Assembly (NCBI GenBank): GCA_030141605.1
Contig: JAQGDQ010000017.1
Span: 992,001 to 1,056,000, forward strand
Direction: 5' to 3'
Length of the DNA stretch: 64,000 nucleotides
Origin: Tubiluchus corallicola
Lineage: Eukaryota; Animalia; Priapulida
A model generated the notes under the pieces. It was not told the DNA's origin. It did no database searches and worked only from the letters and a program-made list of their open reading frames with translations. Shown here piece by piece: positions 1 to 13,700 of the stretch. A program made the position numbers and the translations under genes. Every line of letters starts with the position of its first letter. Position 1 is the first letter of the stretch.

Positions 1-3000
1 CAATTTTGGAGTACCATGGACTCCATGTAAGAGTCGGACGAGTACAAATAACTAAAAATCAAACAAGGCTAGAATTTGAACAGCTAGAATTACTTACGAA
101 GTTGGTGCCCAACTCTGGCTCGTGACGTGAATGTGGCGCAATGTGATCAACCTAGCAGTATGGTCCAGTACAAAAAAATAGCGTACTTCGTGCCTCTAAA
201 AATACCGTAATTTTAATGCTTCAAATTAGACAAAAATGATGTTGATAAAGTAAAAGTTGATTTGCTGACCAATAGAAACTTTACGAGAAATGGGGATAAA
301 TGGTACGGAAAAGGTACGAAAAAATACCGTAACTTCGTACCGTAACGTACTGCCATCCCCGTATGGCTGGACGTTCAGTACACGGGTCTACCGCTCTGAT
401 TCATCACAAGTCAAACCAACAATTCCCATATGTATAAAAGCTAACAGTTTTTTATTTGAAACTATACTGCATAACGGAAGACGAAAGAGTCATGTCCTCT
501 TAAACATCTCAGACGTCTCCAGAGGCAGAAGGAGGAGTCCTTCCATTAGATATCTACAATTATATAGTTCTTCGGCACATATCAATAGATCTCAGCAGGG
601 CCGCCAAGAGAATTTTTGGGCTCCAGGGCAAAATAAAACATGCATTCCTCCAATAAAATGATACTCAAACTATGTCCACCACGGTGTGTCATAAGCAACG
701 AAAGGGTAAAAGTAGGTAAGGGGTTATAAAATTAAATTTTCAGTATTTCTTAACATTTTAAAGATGATGTGATGAGAGATTATAAAAAATTGGTATTTAA
801 CAGAAGTTTTGATGCATTTTGCTTTGAAGCAGAATAACGCAGTTTTAACTTTAACTTATGGACGGCTTTGGTTTGCAAGCACATTTTTATTTTGTTTGCT
901 TTGCTCAAAGGACATTTTCGTTTTTTCCTCATTTGGCTTGTGGGCCCCCTAAACTTATGGACCCTGTGGTGTGCCGTCCCGGCTCAGTGGGCCTGGATGT
1001 CAGTATTCAAGTCAAACAACCAAATATGGGCATGATGTCAATACCATGGCAAGTTTGTGAATCGAGCATTCCTCGCATTAAACAAAGTAAGGGATTCCCC
1101 ATTTGTGCATGGTTAGCATTATCATAATCTACCGTTTGTACAATAAGTTTATGGCCTTTCTGTTACTCCTCGAAATATGGTGAAAGGAGAATTCAAATTA
1201 TTATTTAGTAATTGTTAATACTAAACCTAAGCGTTTAAGGAGCATGTCGGGCATCAATATATTGCATAGATAAGCGTAAAAATAGCTATGTCGTACATGA
1301 ATGCGTTATGTAGGTAACCACAGATTAGCTGAGGGAGTGTGAGTGTTCTTACGCCACAACAGAGGGTGCTCTAGTCAACACACTCTGGAATGATCGCGTA
1401 AGTCCTACTGGAGCATACGGTGTCTAAAACTTACACAATTAAATTACATGATGACATGGCTACTGTTTGGTTATGTCGAGGCGCCACAGGCGACTTCCAA
1501 GTAAATAAAATTATATGAATACAAAGGTATATCATAGCTCAAAATAGATACGCTTGCGCTAACATTAAGTAGTAATTTCGATTTCGCCAAAATTATGTTT
1601 ACTCTAATAATGTATCAGTAACTGAAATAACGAAGTTGCTGCCCAACTCTAGCTCGTATCGTAAATAGGGATGTGTCGCAAGCCGGGGAAAACTCTATAT
1701 TAAACCATACAAAAATGTGACGGGTTTCCCCGTTTGTTCATGGCTAGTCGGGGAACCCCATATTTAACAACGTGACAAGGCTAATCAGCATTTCATAATC
1801 TATCATTTATATAATGGTTCATAGACTTTCTGTTATTGCATTGTGTGTGCCAGTCTCTATAAGCTGAACAGTTGTATATGAAGACGTATGCCATCCTAAT
1901 ATTAATGTTATTGCAGTCTATAGCCTAAACACCTAACAAGATACCAAGAGTGCGAGCTGATATCAAAGGTCAGAATTAGTTTTCATTCTTGTATTAACTA
2001 TGGGCTGATAGCTAGTACGTTTAATGGCTTTATATTAAATTTTTATGATTGCTGTGCAAATTCTGGGCAGTTCAGTTGAATTTTTTGGATCAATTAACTT
2101 AAACTTTGATAAAACCAGATCATACAACCACATTGGTACTGTGCGTTTGTACTTACGTAGCAACGATCTTGTACACATAATTATGTACTATGTATACTAG
2201 TGTCCGTATGATTTGCCAGCGTAGTTGCTGGTGCCATCTGTTAGCTGCTGTTAGAACTTACAAAAAGGCGAAGCGGTTCTTGGTTTGGCTTGTGTCGCGT
2301 CCGATTACAGCAGTGAAATGCAGAATTAGGTTAGTGGTATTAAATAATAATAAAATACTAATATGTGCTTTAAATAATTATTGTAATAAGAAATAAAAAT
2401 TTATTCTAATAGTTACTGTTTTACTGTAATGTCATATAACACTATAACAGGTACTGCTTCACATTTGGCAATATAAATTAAAAATTTCATTAAAAGAAAC
2501 TAATAATTACTATCATTGATTTTAAGGTTCACTTTTACTGATTATAAAAGTACCACATTTTTAGACGGATCGTCATGCAATAACAGTACGTCTACGCTAG
2601 GTTCTTAGTTCATATTTTCCCCGCCTTTTCTCTCTGTCCCTAATTCTTATACTAACTTAAGCATTGATGTAATTACAATGTAGCTTCACAAAACAAAGCT
2701 ACAACAACCAAAAAAGGCCATAAAAGCTATAGAGCTATGACAAAAATGGCTAAACTGTATAAAATGTTTGTTTAGATGTGTGGAAAACACAACTGACGTA
2801 TTTGAAAAGAATAATTGCGTCAGACTTTGCCCATTATTGTTTATCAATAATATGAAAGCTGCTATGGCTAACTTGTATTATTAACTACGTGCCATAATGA
2901 ATCATTGTAGCTAGGTGATTTGGTCGATAAAGCTGGGCAGCTTAGAGATTAATGTGATTCTTATAAATTTATTCACGGCTGAATGGTGACCGTGTCAGTG

Positions 3001-3473
3001 TGACACAGGAACAGATACAAATTATATCTAGTTTTTCATTAATATAAATTCCAAACTTGACCATGGCTTTTGGACATCACAAAAACGAGGAAGTGTGCCT
3101 AATTTAACGCATGAACCAATCAAACTAGACATATAAAATTTTACACGCATTACACGAGGCCGCAGCAGCAAAGGTGTAGACTATGTACTTACTTTTTTGT
3201 AACTCTAAGCAATTTTTGTGGATCTTCTATATTGCAAATCTTCTGAGATCCCTCAGTCTGTTGTACTTGCTGGCTTACACGTATGTGTGCTGCTAACCAA
3301 AAAGCTTTACAGCTACATAACTGTCATCATAAATTCAACCGATTTTATGATATTTGCCTGGGTTTTGTATGTATTTTGTACAGTATTTAACTTTCTGCTA
3401 CATAAACCTGCATAGTGCAGGAATTTGGGGGTGATGACTCCTTTCGCCAATCCACATTTCATGCCGCTTATAT

Positions 3474-4319
3474 AGTCATAAGTCATAAGTCATTTATTTC
3501 ACCTTACACATTTACAATGGTTATATACAATATCTAGTGAAAGGGCCTACAATTGATATAATACAAATAAAAGATACTGCACAGAAAAAGCCTCAAACAC
3601 TGTTCAATTATACACGAAGGTAAATGTGTTGCGGGCAATCAAAAAGCAGGGCTTGTTAGATTGTCCCACACAGTGATAGAGAAAAAAAGTAATGGAGATA
3701 ATCTGAAAATTTGAATCGTGATAAAAAAAAATTAGTTCAATTTGACAGGAATTGCAAAAAACTTAGGAAATAGTCTATTATTGCTTTTATACATGAATAC
3801 TGCAATATTCAATTTGATTAAATCATCTAATTGCATTATTCTACATTCACGGTAAAGAAGTAAAGGTACCTCACTACGTTTCATTAGACCATACATTAAC
3901 CTTAAAAATTTTCGTTGCAAAGTTTTTAAGCATTTCAGTTTAGATGGATATGTGGGGCCCCAAATAATGCTGCAGTAATTGAGATAAGGTAAAACCAGAC
4001 TATTATACAAGATTAGTAAGTGTTCTTTCGAAAGACTGTGTTTCATGTGAGTAATGATGCCTATATTTTTAGCAATTTTAAGTCTGATGTAAGAGATATG
4101 TGATTGCCAGTCCAAGTGTTCATGTATGACAATACCTAAGAATTTAATCTGTTTTACTTGTTGAATATAACTATTTTCAATTTGTAATGTCAAATTTGGC
4201 ATTGTCTTGTTTCTTGATCTAAAAACTACAAATTTAGTTTTGGAAGCATTTAGTGATAATTTATTACTCCTAAACCAGTTTGATATTTGCTGATATTTTA
4301 TATCATGTCGATAGTTCAA
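3474..4319 (-). mobile_element. 5'-truncated non-LTR retrotransposon (CR1/L2-group), C-terminal part of ORF2 plus 3' tail
   Basis: ORF 3732-4319 has RT C-terminal motifs (WFRSNKLSLNASKTK, FLGIVIHEHLDWQSHI, LYNSLVLPYLNYCSIIWG). On the minus strand it ends in AATAAA followed by a (TGACTTA)n tail at about 3474-3498. Confidence 0.85.
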
Positions 4320-4431
4320 GAAATTGTTAATCCTTCAGTGTTGCACTTCCCCCTGTGAATCATTTTGCAGGATTCGATTTCGCGAGTGTCACTTCGCCCG
4401 TGTGTGTCATTTCACAGTTATATCATTTTGC

Positions 4432-5406
4432 CAGTGAACAAAATAACTAGTACTCTAAGCATCTTGTCAGTGAATATTATGACTTGTGCTCTAAGCATCT
4501 TGTTAGTGAATATTATGACTAGTGCTCTAAGCATCTTGTTAGTGAATATTATGACTTGTGCTCTAAGCATCTTGTCAGTGAATATTATGACTTGTGCTCT
4601 AAGCATCTTGTCAGTGAATATTATGACTAGTGCTCTAAGAATCTTGTCAGTGAATATTATGACTAGTGCTCTAAGCATCTTGTCAGTGAATATTATGACT
4701 AGTGCTCTAAGCATCTTGTCAGTGAATATTATGACTAGTGCTCTAAGCATCTTGTCAGTGAATATTATGACTAGTGCTCTAGGCATCTTGTCAGTGAATA
4801 AAATAACTAGTGCTCTAAGCATCTTGTTAGTGAATATTATGACTTGTGCTCTAAGCAACTTGTTAGTGAATATTATGACTAGTGCTCTAAGCATCTTGTC
4901 AGTGAATATTATGACTACTGCTCTAAGCATCTTGTCAGTGAATATTATGACTAGTGCTCTAAGCATCTTGTCAGTGAATATTATGACTAGTGCTCTAGGC
5001 ATCTTGTCAGTGAATATTATGACTAGTGCTCTAAGAATCTTGTCAGTGAATATTATGACTAGTGCTCTAAGAATCTTGTCAGTGAATATTATGACTAGTG
5101 CTCTAGGCATCTTGTCAGTGAATATTATGACTAGTGCTCTAAGCATCTTATCAGTAAGTATTATGACTAGTGCTCTAAGCATCTTGTCAGTGAATATTAT
5201 GACTAGTGCTCTAAGCATCTTGTCAGTGAATATTATGACTAGTGCTCTAAGTATCTTGTCAGTGAATATCGTGACTAGTGCTATAAGCATTTTGCTAATA
5301 AATATTGGACTAGTGGTGTGATCATTTTGCCAGTAAATATTAAGACTAGTGCTCTAAAGTTTTTGCCAGTCAATATTAGGACTAGTGCTTTAAACATCTT
5401 TCCAGT
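4432..5406. repeat. 36-bp minisatellite, about 27 copies (GTGAATATTATGACTAGTGCTCTAAGCATCTTGTCA)
   Basis: Head-to-tail units without spacers; they produce the 12-aa periodic ORFs on both strands. Confidence 0.97.
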
Positions 5407-6099
5407 GCTACATTTTGATAGCATAATTATATTTATAGAGTTAGCCAGTTCATTTTAGGTATAATGCGCAGTCTATTCTTCATCAGTGTGTCGTTTCGCT
5501 AGTGCATGTTACAAATACTTAGTTACTAAGTATAATACGCATTCAGACAGTTATAGGCTTGCTATTCTATCGTTTCATATCAATGTATCAATTCACCTGT
5601 CTATTATTTCGCCACTGTGAATATTTTAGTAACAGTAATAGTCATTTAGAGCAAGGCACATCTCGTACCACTTCGACAAGTACGTGCTCAACTTAGGCTT
5701 ATCTAGTCAACTTATGCTGAGGAGACCTACTGACAGGAAGCTTAAATACAAAATTGCGTCACAAAAATACAGTTTAAGTAGTTTAGGCACAAGTGTGTTT
5801 TGTACTATTCTGTTTTTAGTATGCACTGATGAAATTTCATGTGTAGGACTACAATTTGAGTAAATTCGGGACAGCTTACGATACCGCTAAAACGAAATTT
5901 TTCAATATTTAAATATTACGTTTAAATTTTTAGATTTTTAAATATTAATTCATTCGTGCTTCCGTACGTATGCACTCAAAGCTATATTTCTTTTTACGGT
6001 GATGTTAAGAAATGATGGTTATATCATTTGGCACTTAATTAACGAAAAAAAAGATGATTAGTTAATTACTTAATTTGTAATTCTTAACTGACGGAACGT

Positions 6100-6370
6100 T
6101 ACACTGGCAAAACGGTACATTAGTGAAATAGTACACTGGCAAAATGGAACATTAGTGAAATAGTACATTGGCAAAATAGTACATTAGTGAAATAGTACAC
6201 TGACAAATGGTACATTAGTGAAATAGTACACTGGTAAAAAGGTAAATTAGTGAAATAGTACACTGGCAAAATGGTACATTAGTGAAATAGTACACTGGCA
6301 AATGGTACACTAGCGAAATAGTACACTGGTAAAATGGTACATTACTGAAATAATACACTGGTGAAATGAT
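6100..6370. repeat. 30-31-bp minisatellite (ACACTGGCAAAATGGTACATTAGTGAAATAGT-like), about 9 copies
   Basis: Visible tandem units, degenerating toward about 6530. Confidence 0.9.
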
Positions 6371-7710
6371 AAACCAACAAAGCGTACCACTGCCTAAACG
6401 TTTATTGCACTATTTCTGGTATGCACTGGCAAAATGACCCCCCTCCCCCCAACACTGGTGAAATAATACACTAACAAATGATTCACTGGTAGAATGAAAG
6501 ACTGACGAAATGGTTCACTGGGAAAATGATACATTGAAAATCGCATGAAACGTCAGACAGTTCCACAACAATACACTAAATGGAATTTTTAAATATAAAA
6601 CAATAGCACTAAGCATTGTTTTTGTGGAAATGAGTGCTGACTGTCTTTCAAATTCAGGATGGCTGCCACGGTCTGAGAGGTGCAAATGGTGTGGCTTCAA
6701 GGAGTGCTTATAAGCACTCCATACGGCTTAGTTTGTGTGCTGGCTGGATCAGGTTTAATAAACCTGGCCTTATTATTATTAATTTGTTAAGCTTACTGAT
6801 TTAAAACGCTTTGGTAAGATTTGGCAGCTTACAAAACAGAGACAATGTCTCAAACTTCCGACGGCTGTGGTTTAATTTTAACGTTTACTTGTCTGCAAAG
6901 AACACACTGTGCACCAGACTGCTGTCATTGGCATCATTCAACCGGATATTGTAACATTTACTTCCTGTAATTGTATAAGAATAAGAAATGATCATATCAG
7001 ATTATGCTGCAACGCTGTTACGAAATGGACATGAAGTTTTGATGAATTTAAATCTTGCTAACTTTCTGATGAAACAAGCTAATGGAAAGATCAAGCTAAT
7101 GAATAAGTAAGTTTAAAAATTGTTCAAAATTATGGTGTTTAGTGCAAATCTTTTTACTTAACTTGAGGAAATTTTTACTATGATATAATTTATATCCAAT
7201 AAAACTTTATAAGCTAAATAATTCATCTAAAATTGGAAATAAACGCAAGCACTTATAATTTGCGGTTTACATTTCCGGTTTGAAAATTACCTGAAATAAA
7301 TGTTGCTGCGTACTAACATTAATTTTGGCATAATTGGCATTTTAATGCTTTATGAAACTTGAAATATATCAGGTATTTTTAGCATAACAGTCTATACTAC
7401 TTCGAGACCACACGCAACGCAACATACCAATTACTTTTGCACTCAAAGATGATCAAGATATCAAAACGAGATTTTAGACCCTATTGTACGCTTTTCAATT
7501 TATTTTTTAGCTTTGATAACCAAATAAGTAATTAGACAAGTAATTATTAATACTGAAAAAAATCTGATATGGGTAAGATGCAAACCCATTCTGACCGTTT
7601 TTATGTAGTTTTATTATCTCAGACTTACAGTAATGGACGCGGTAGCGTATTGTTTAAAATGGCTGACTCTAAATTGTGATATTGTTTAACACAGGTTTCC
7701 TGTCAATACG

Positions 7711-10700
7711 ATGGCTGACTGCTGTAAGGCAGAGGGAGAATGTACTTTAAAGAATTTCCTGCTGGACCACCATGACAACTCAGTCTTTGGACGAAATGCG
7801 GTAAGTTAAACAAGTAAACTTATGCAAAGCTTTGCCAGTTAAACTGTTTATTGATTGCCGCGACCGTACATAGATGGCGCTAGTCTGTTCTGTACTAAAT
7901 CGTAATGAAAATTGAGCATACCAGTTTTTGGTCTGATTCAATGCCCTCCATCGTGAAAAATTGACTTATGTAACTGAAAACAGAATACGGGTAACTAAAA
8001 TTACCTGATCTTGGTGATTTTGATGATTTAGCTCTCTGTAATCTGCTGACAATGATATATTTTTTATGATAAGCTTATTATACGATTTTTCGTCACTTAC
8101 TCAATAAAATTAAGCAAACTGTATTTTCTTATTTATTTTTCATTATTATTCATTATTGTTGTTATTATTAGTATTAGTATTCATTATCCACTTACTTGTT
8201 AATTTTTACACATATTTACTTCATTTAACTTTTATTACGCTGTACACCTAAAATTTAAACCATAAGTACTTATAAACAAAAAATAATATTGATTATTATC
8301 ATTTCACTTACAAACAAAGTGTGTGATACATAAATTAAGCAAAATAGGCTTAACTTACTATTGTGTTTCTAAAATAGTTGGTGAATCCACCCATAGAAGG
8401 GAATTTAAATTGTTAAACCACAGCAAACCTTAATATTAAAACATGACGTATAGGGAAGGAAAATAAAAGTTTATATATTTGGCTAGAACTATATAAACTG
8501 TTTATTTTTAAATTTTGTGTGCGAAGATTAAATAAATCTGATGCAATTTTATAAGAACCAATTTATCAAGTTAAATTATATTAAAAGTCATGCTTGGAAC
8601 TTAACTTAGGAATTTAATTAATATTAAGGAATTAACATATTAACTTAGGAACTACACGTTCAAATTTAATGCATCGGAATACTATTACTGAGGAAAAAAG
8701 TTAGTGAATAAAAAGCTGGAATAATCATAATTGTTAAAAATTACATGCATGTTGAAGCTTGCTTGGTTGCTGATTCTGATGCTGTGATAAATTATACCTA
8801 ACCGCTGCTGGCGCTGTGAACGCACTCAGCTGAAACTAAGAAGGTGCGCATGCGTCCCCAGCAGCTCAAGGTCTTAGTAGGCAACTTCAAGCTTTCTCGC
8901 GCCGGCTAAGCATGGTGGGTACTTCGTACACATACACGTTTTCCAAGAGGAATGCCACCGTGCTACGGGTTCGACTCCGGCCGCAACCCACCCATCCCCA
9001 CCATGCGCGATCCGGCGTTTTTGCTATTCGAGGAATTAAGAAACAATAACGACACGGCATGTGTTTTAATAGCAAGACAAATTCAATAATTCAACAAAAA
9101 AACGAGGAAACCTAAAAATTGCGATTTTGTAAACCTGTTTGGGACATCACCTAAACTCGTGTATTGCTAATACATAAAATGTGCACAATATTTACAAGAG
9201 TATGGCAGAGAACCAATGATATACAGTACCTACACGAATGTGTCGTCTGGCAAGCAGGCACGTAGCCAGGAATTTATAAGGGGGTTTTGAGGGAGCACTA
9301 ACATCCCGTACCCCGTAAACAAATTCGATTCGTCATGTATAATTAAAAATAGAGTTCTGTTCCCGGTTTTATTTAACGTAGAGGGTACATATAACTACAT
9401 TGTAATTACAATAGAATAAATTACACAATTATTTGTAACTTTAACTTATAAAATAATGCGCCTACTTTTGAGGTTTGCAAATCTCTGCATTAAATTTCAA
9501 TGTTTATTTCGCCTTTGTTCTGTTACATGTGGGCCAAGCCATTTAAAGAACAAGAAAAGGGGTTCCTGAAGTAGGTTTCAGAAAAAGCGCCTTAAAAATT
9601 GTATTACTTTACAACAATTTTATGCATATATCGTACTCGCGGTAAAAGGATTTTTTATTTGTTTTAATTTTAAATCTCCCGTAATATTGTTCCGATCGCA
9701 CAATTACATGACGTCACTACGCAAACGTAAATCAGGGGAAGAAAAGGAAATGTGAAATTGCGTCCCAAAAAACTTTCCATGGAAAGTTATATTAGTTAGC
9801 TTTTCGCTTGCCTACTGGAAAGACTTAAGCAGAAACAATAATTTAAAATGTACGTGCCAATTGGTAAAATGTCGCTGCCTCACCCTCCAGGGTGCGGCAC
9901 TCACTAAACAAAAACGTATTTTGAAACTTATTGACAAGATAAGTAATTTAAAATTTTACTTAGTTAGGAACATGCGCGCTATGAATTCTCTGATTATTTT
10001 TTAAAACTTCACACAATGTTATCTAGACTTGTATCTAACGACCTACCATTAAAATGGCTGCGCCTAACGGTCGTCGCGGGAGTTTAACAGTATATGTAAG
10101 CAGTATAAAGTTTCTAGACGAATGTTTTAAGCTTTATGTAGGCGGAGGGTTTTCTTGTGCTTTAACCTGTCTTCCCAACAGTTCTGTTGTGAATGATAGT
10201 TTTCAACAGATGTAGGGCAGAGAAAGTTCTTCCTGGTGGGTTCTAGACACAGGAATTGTCAACAGTGAGTATAATATAGAAAATACAAACTTGCAAAAGA
10301 ATCTATCTGTAGAGACTACATAATTGTCATAAGCGTTGACTTAGACGCCTTAACACAAGAGTGCAAGAGTGTGACATGCTGCTTGTGACATAATTTGGCA
10401 CTGCTGACTTGAAAGCAGAAGGACTTGGGTTCGAATCCCACTGGAGGAAATATATTTTCAGACTTTTTAATTTAGTAGACTGCTTTCGTGCGTTTATGAA
10501 TATTATTTTATTACCTTTTTATGTTGCGATATTGTATTGTATTGTATTGTATTGTATTGTATTGTATTGTATTGTATTGTATTGTATTGTATTGTATTGT
10601 ATTGTATTGTATTGTATTGTATTGTATTGTATTGTATTGTATTGTATTGTATTGTATTGTATCGGCCTTGTTTGACTATGCATACAAACAGTATGTATTT

Positions 10701-13700
10701 TCAGTGGGGATTTCATCCAGTTATTTACATTATCTACCGTGTCATCACCAGCATCTACTACTCGTCATGGCTCATCTTCAGTTTCGTCAACGCTCCCACC
10801 CAGCTTCATGACAACCCGATGATGTGGCCCATATTTTTGACAAATCAGGCTTTCCTCATACTAGTCATTTACCTGCTAATCGCGCTAATCGTTGCCATTG
10901 TGGAATACACTAAAACTGGACCATCTGGTAAGTAATGAGGAATTGTAGTCTATAGCACAGAATGTCGAGTAGTAGGGTTTTGTAGTCTTTAGCACAGAAC
11001 ATGAAAGTTCAGATGAGTAATGAGAATTTGTAGTCTGTAATCCTTACCTTAGTCCTTCCTGCGCATTGATGCACATTGGGCAGACAGCATTTTCCACTGA
11101 GTTCTATCGGCGGCTTCGTTCTCTACGTTTTCCCAACGTATGTTGACAGCTCGAAGGTCTTCTTTGAAGGATCTGCGCCACGTTGTTTTTGGCCGACCTC
11201 TTTTTCGTTTCCCACCAGGTGGTTCCCACTGTACTGCTGTTTTGGCGTAACGACTTTCTGATAGACGGAGAATATGTCCAGCCAGTTTCATTCTTCTCTC
11301 TGTAACTATATCTTGTAACCGCAATGACTGCGCTCGTTGAAGAACTTCTACATTGGTGACATGGTCGCGGTAGGAGATTTTTAGTATCTTTCGAAGGCAT
11401 TTTTGGTGGAAGACGTTCAGTTTCTTTGATAACTCCGCTGTGACTTTCCAGGTTTCGCTGGCATAGAGAGCCGTTGGCAGCACAATGGCGTTGTACAGAC
11501 GAAGTTTGATTTTCATGTCAATTTTCTTGCTTGTCCAGATTTTTCCCATCTTCCTAAATACTGCTGTTGCTTTGCCGATTCTCCCCCTGATGTCATTTTC
11601 TGTACCTCCATTACAGGTCATCACACTGCCCAGATATGAAAAACTGGTAACGTTCTTAACCATTTGGCCTCCCACTGTTATATGTACATCATTCTGTTGG
11701 TTTGTCCACACTTTCAAAACTTTGGTCTTTTCTTGACTAATTCTCAATCCAATTTTTCCCGCTACTTCTTCCATACTTGTGGTCAGTTGTTGCAGGCTTT
11801 CTTTTGATGTTTCCAGAAGAGCTATATCGTCAGCAAAGTCCAGATCTGCCAATCGTTGTTGTTGTTTCCATTGCATTCCTAGATCTTTACCATCAACCGC
11901 CTTCTTCATGATGAAATCAATCGTCAGTAGGAACAGGAATGGCGACATAATGCAACCCTGCTTAACTCCAGTTTCGATGGTGAAATACTCGGTGTTTCCC
12001 TCTTGTGTTCTTATACAACAGCCGCTGTTTTGGTAAAAGTTCTGGATGGTTGAAATGAATTTCTGTGGGATACCATACAGAGAAGCAATTTTCCATAGAG
12101 ACTGCCTGTGAACAGAGTCAAAAGCCTTCTTGAAATCAATAAAATTGATTAATAAGGGCTGTTGGAATTCCATACATTGCTCAATGATGTTTCTGAGAGT
12201 GAATATCTGTTCACAGCATGATCTTCCTTTTCTAAATCCAGCTTGTTGTTCTCTTAGTCTTATATCAACAGCATCTCTCAACCGATCTAGCAGCACTATA
12301 CTCAGGACTTTTCCAGGTATTGACATCAGAGTTATTCCTCTCCAATTATTGCAATCTGTCAGGTTCCCTTTTTAGGCAACTTCACGATGACTCCATTTCT
12401 CCAATTTTCGGGGACCTTTTGTTGTTCCCAGCAGCTGTTCAGGAGCTTTGTCATTGATCGTGTTATCCCTTTATTACCGTGTTTCAGGAGCTCAGCTGTT
12501 ATTTGGTCCTCTCCAGCTGCTTTGTTGTTCTTTAGTTTTTTGATGGCAATACAGTAATTTTAGTCTGTAATACAGCGTATAAAAACTCTGGTGATTAGTA
12601 GGAATTTGTAAATTGTTCACCAAACTTTTTATTTGCTCTCAAGACGAGGTTTCTTTATTTATGTGTGAGAAAAGTGCTCACTGTCGGCGACTTATAGCAA
12701 TTAAGCAACGCGAAGCAACAGTACAGGTGTAGTCAAGTTACTCTATTTTTTGTTTATAACGCAAAGTTCAGTTGTTAACAAAATTGATTTGTTGTGGGGA
12801 AACCGTATCCTAATCAAAAAATAGGAACAAGAAACATACGGCACATGTGATCATAGTTTGCCACATCACAGCTTTATTAGACTTGACTCATCGTCAGAAG
12901 TTCTGAAAAATATAAAGTAAAAGAGTGAAATCTGCTTAGGCATGCCTAAACAACAGGTGGTAGGCCTCATGACAACAATGCAAACTGATGCAAAAATTAA
13001 TTACGAAATCTGAATTACAAATAATTATTAATAAGGCCGTTACTTTGCAAACTTTGCTCAAGTGCGCTTTATGTTTCATTTTTGTGATTAGTTCAATTGT
13101 TGAAGCGTGAATCTATTATTTGATGATGGACGAAAACCTCGCAGACTGCCTTTGTGGCAGAGGTTAAACTACTGTATCTAAACAGTTTGACCAATGGCAC
13201 GCCTGAAGTATCTTGGACCATTATGTATTACGAAAAATGTGATTTTGTGTGCCACTTGGCAGCCTATTAGTGATAAAGTCTCCCAATCTTAAACTGTAGG
13301 TCAAACCCATCTACTCTTTAAAATACTGAAAGGAAATATGGTATTTTTTTCAAAAATGACCAAAATGACTTACATGAAAGACTTATTACCACACAAATGC
13401 AATTTTGCATTCATTCCACTAGTTCTTTGCTGTTACATGTATTTCACCATTCGCTAATTAGACGGGCACTAGTGGCAGCATTTCAGAAACACATTGCACA
13501 AAAAACATGTGCTGTACCCCTCAGTTCAGATGTGTTAGTTTGTGACGTGATGCACATGTTCGACAGTTCATGTATGAGCACGGTGTAAATTTGATTTTTA
13601 TCTTAAAACTTGCTTAGTTTTAGTACAACACACTGAATATTTTACAGTAGCACTGTACCTCAATTTTCCCTTTTGCAAAACTCGTGCAACACGCACGTGG

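Larger units (their letters stand above)
4333..6538. mobile_element. Foldback-like non-autonomous DNA element with inverted subterminal repeat arrays
   Basis: The left end (ttcagtgttgcacttccccctgtgaatcattttgcag) resembles the reverse complement of about 6500-6538. The motif CATTTTGCCAGTG recurs on the left and CACTGGCAAAATG on the right. No TSD identified. Confidence 0.5.

Noticed and set aside
60-1840. Short local duplications (about 96-140 vs 1630-1685; about 1090-1165 vs 1720-1835) and ORFs 290-661 and 858-1127
   Set aside because: Degenerate repeat fragments interrupted by MITE-like inserts; no recognisable protein or splice pattern.
4365-5321. 318-aa and 290-aa repetitive ORFs; 36-bp repeats resembling a CRISPR array
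   Set aside because: Units are head-to-tail with no unique spacers, there are no cas genes and the context is eukaryotic. The ORFs are a by-product of a stop-free 36-bp period.
10395-10470. Possible tRNA gene (GGTTCGAATCC); similar B boxes near 16000, 45100 and 48445
   Set aside because: No complete cloverleaf or acceptor stem; better explained as SINE heads.
10409-10811. ORFs with (YCIVL)n or (IQYNT)n
   Set aside because: Translations of the (ATTGT)n microsatellite; the real exon starts at 10705.
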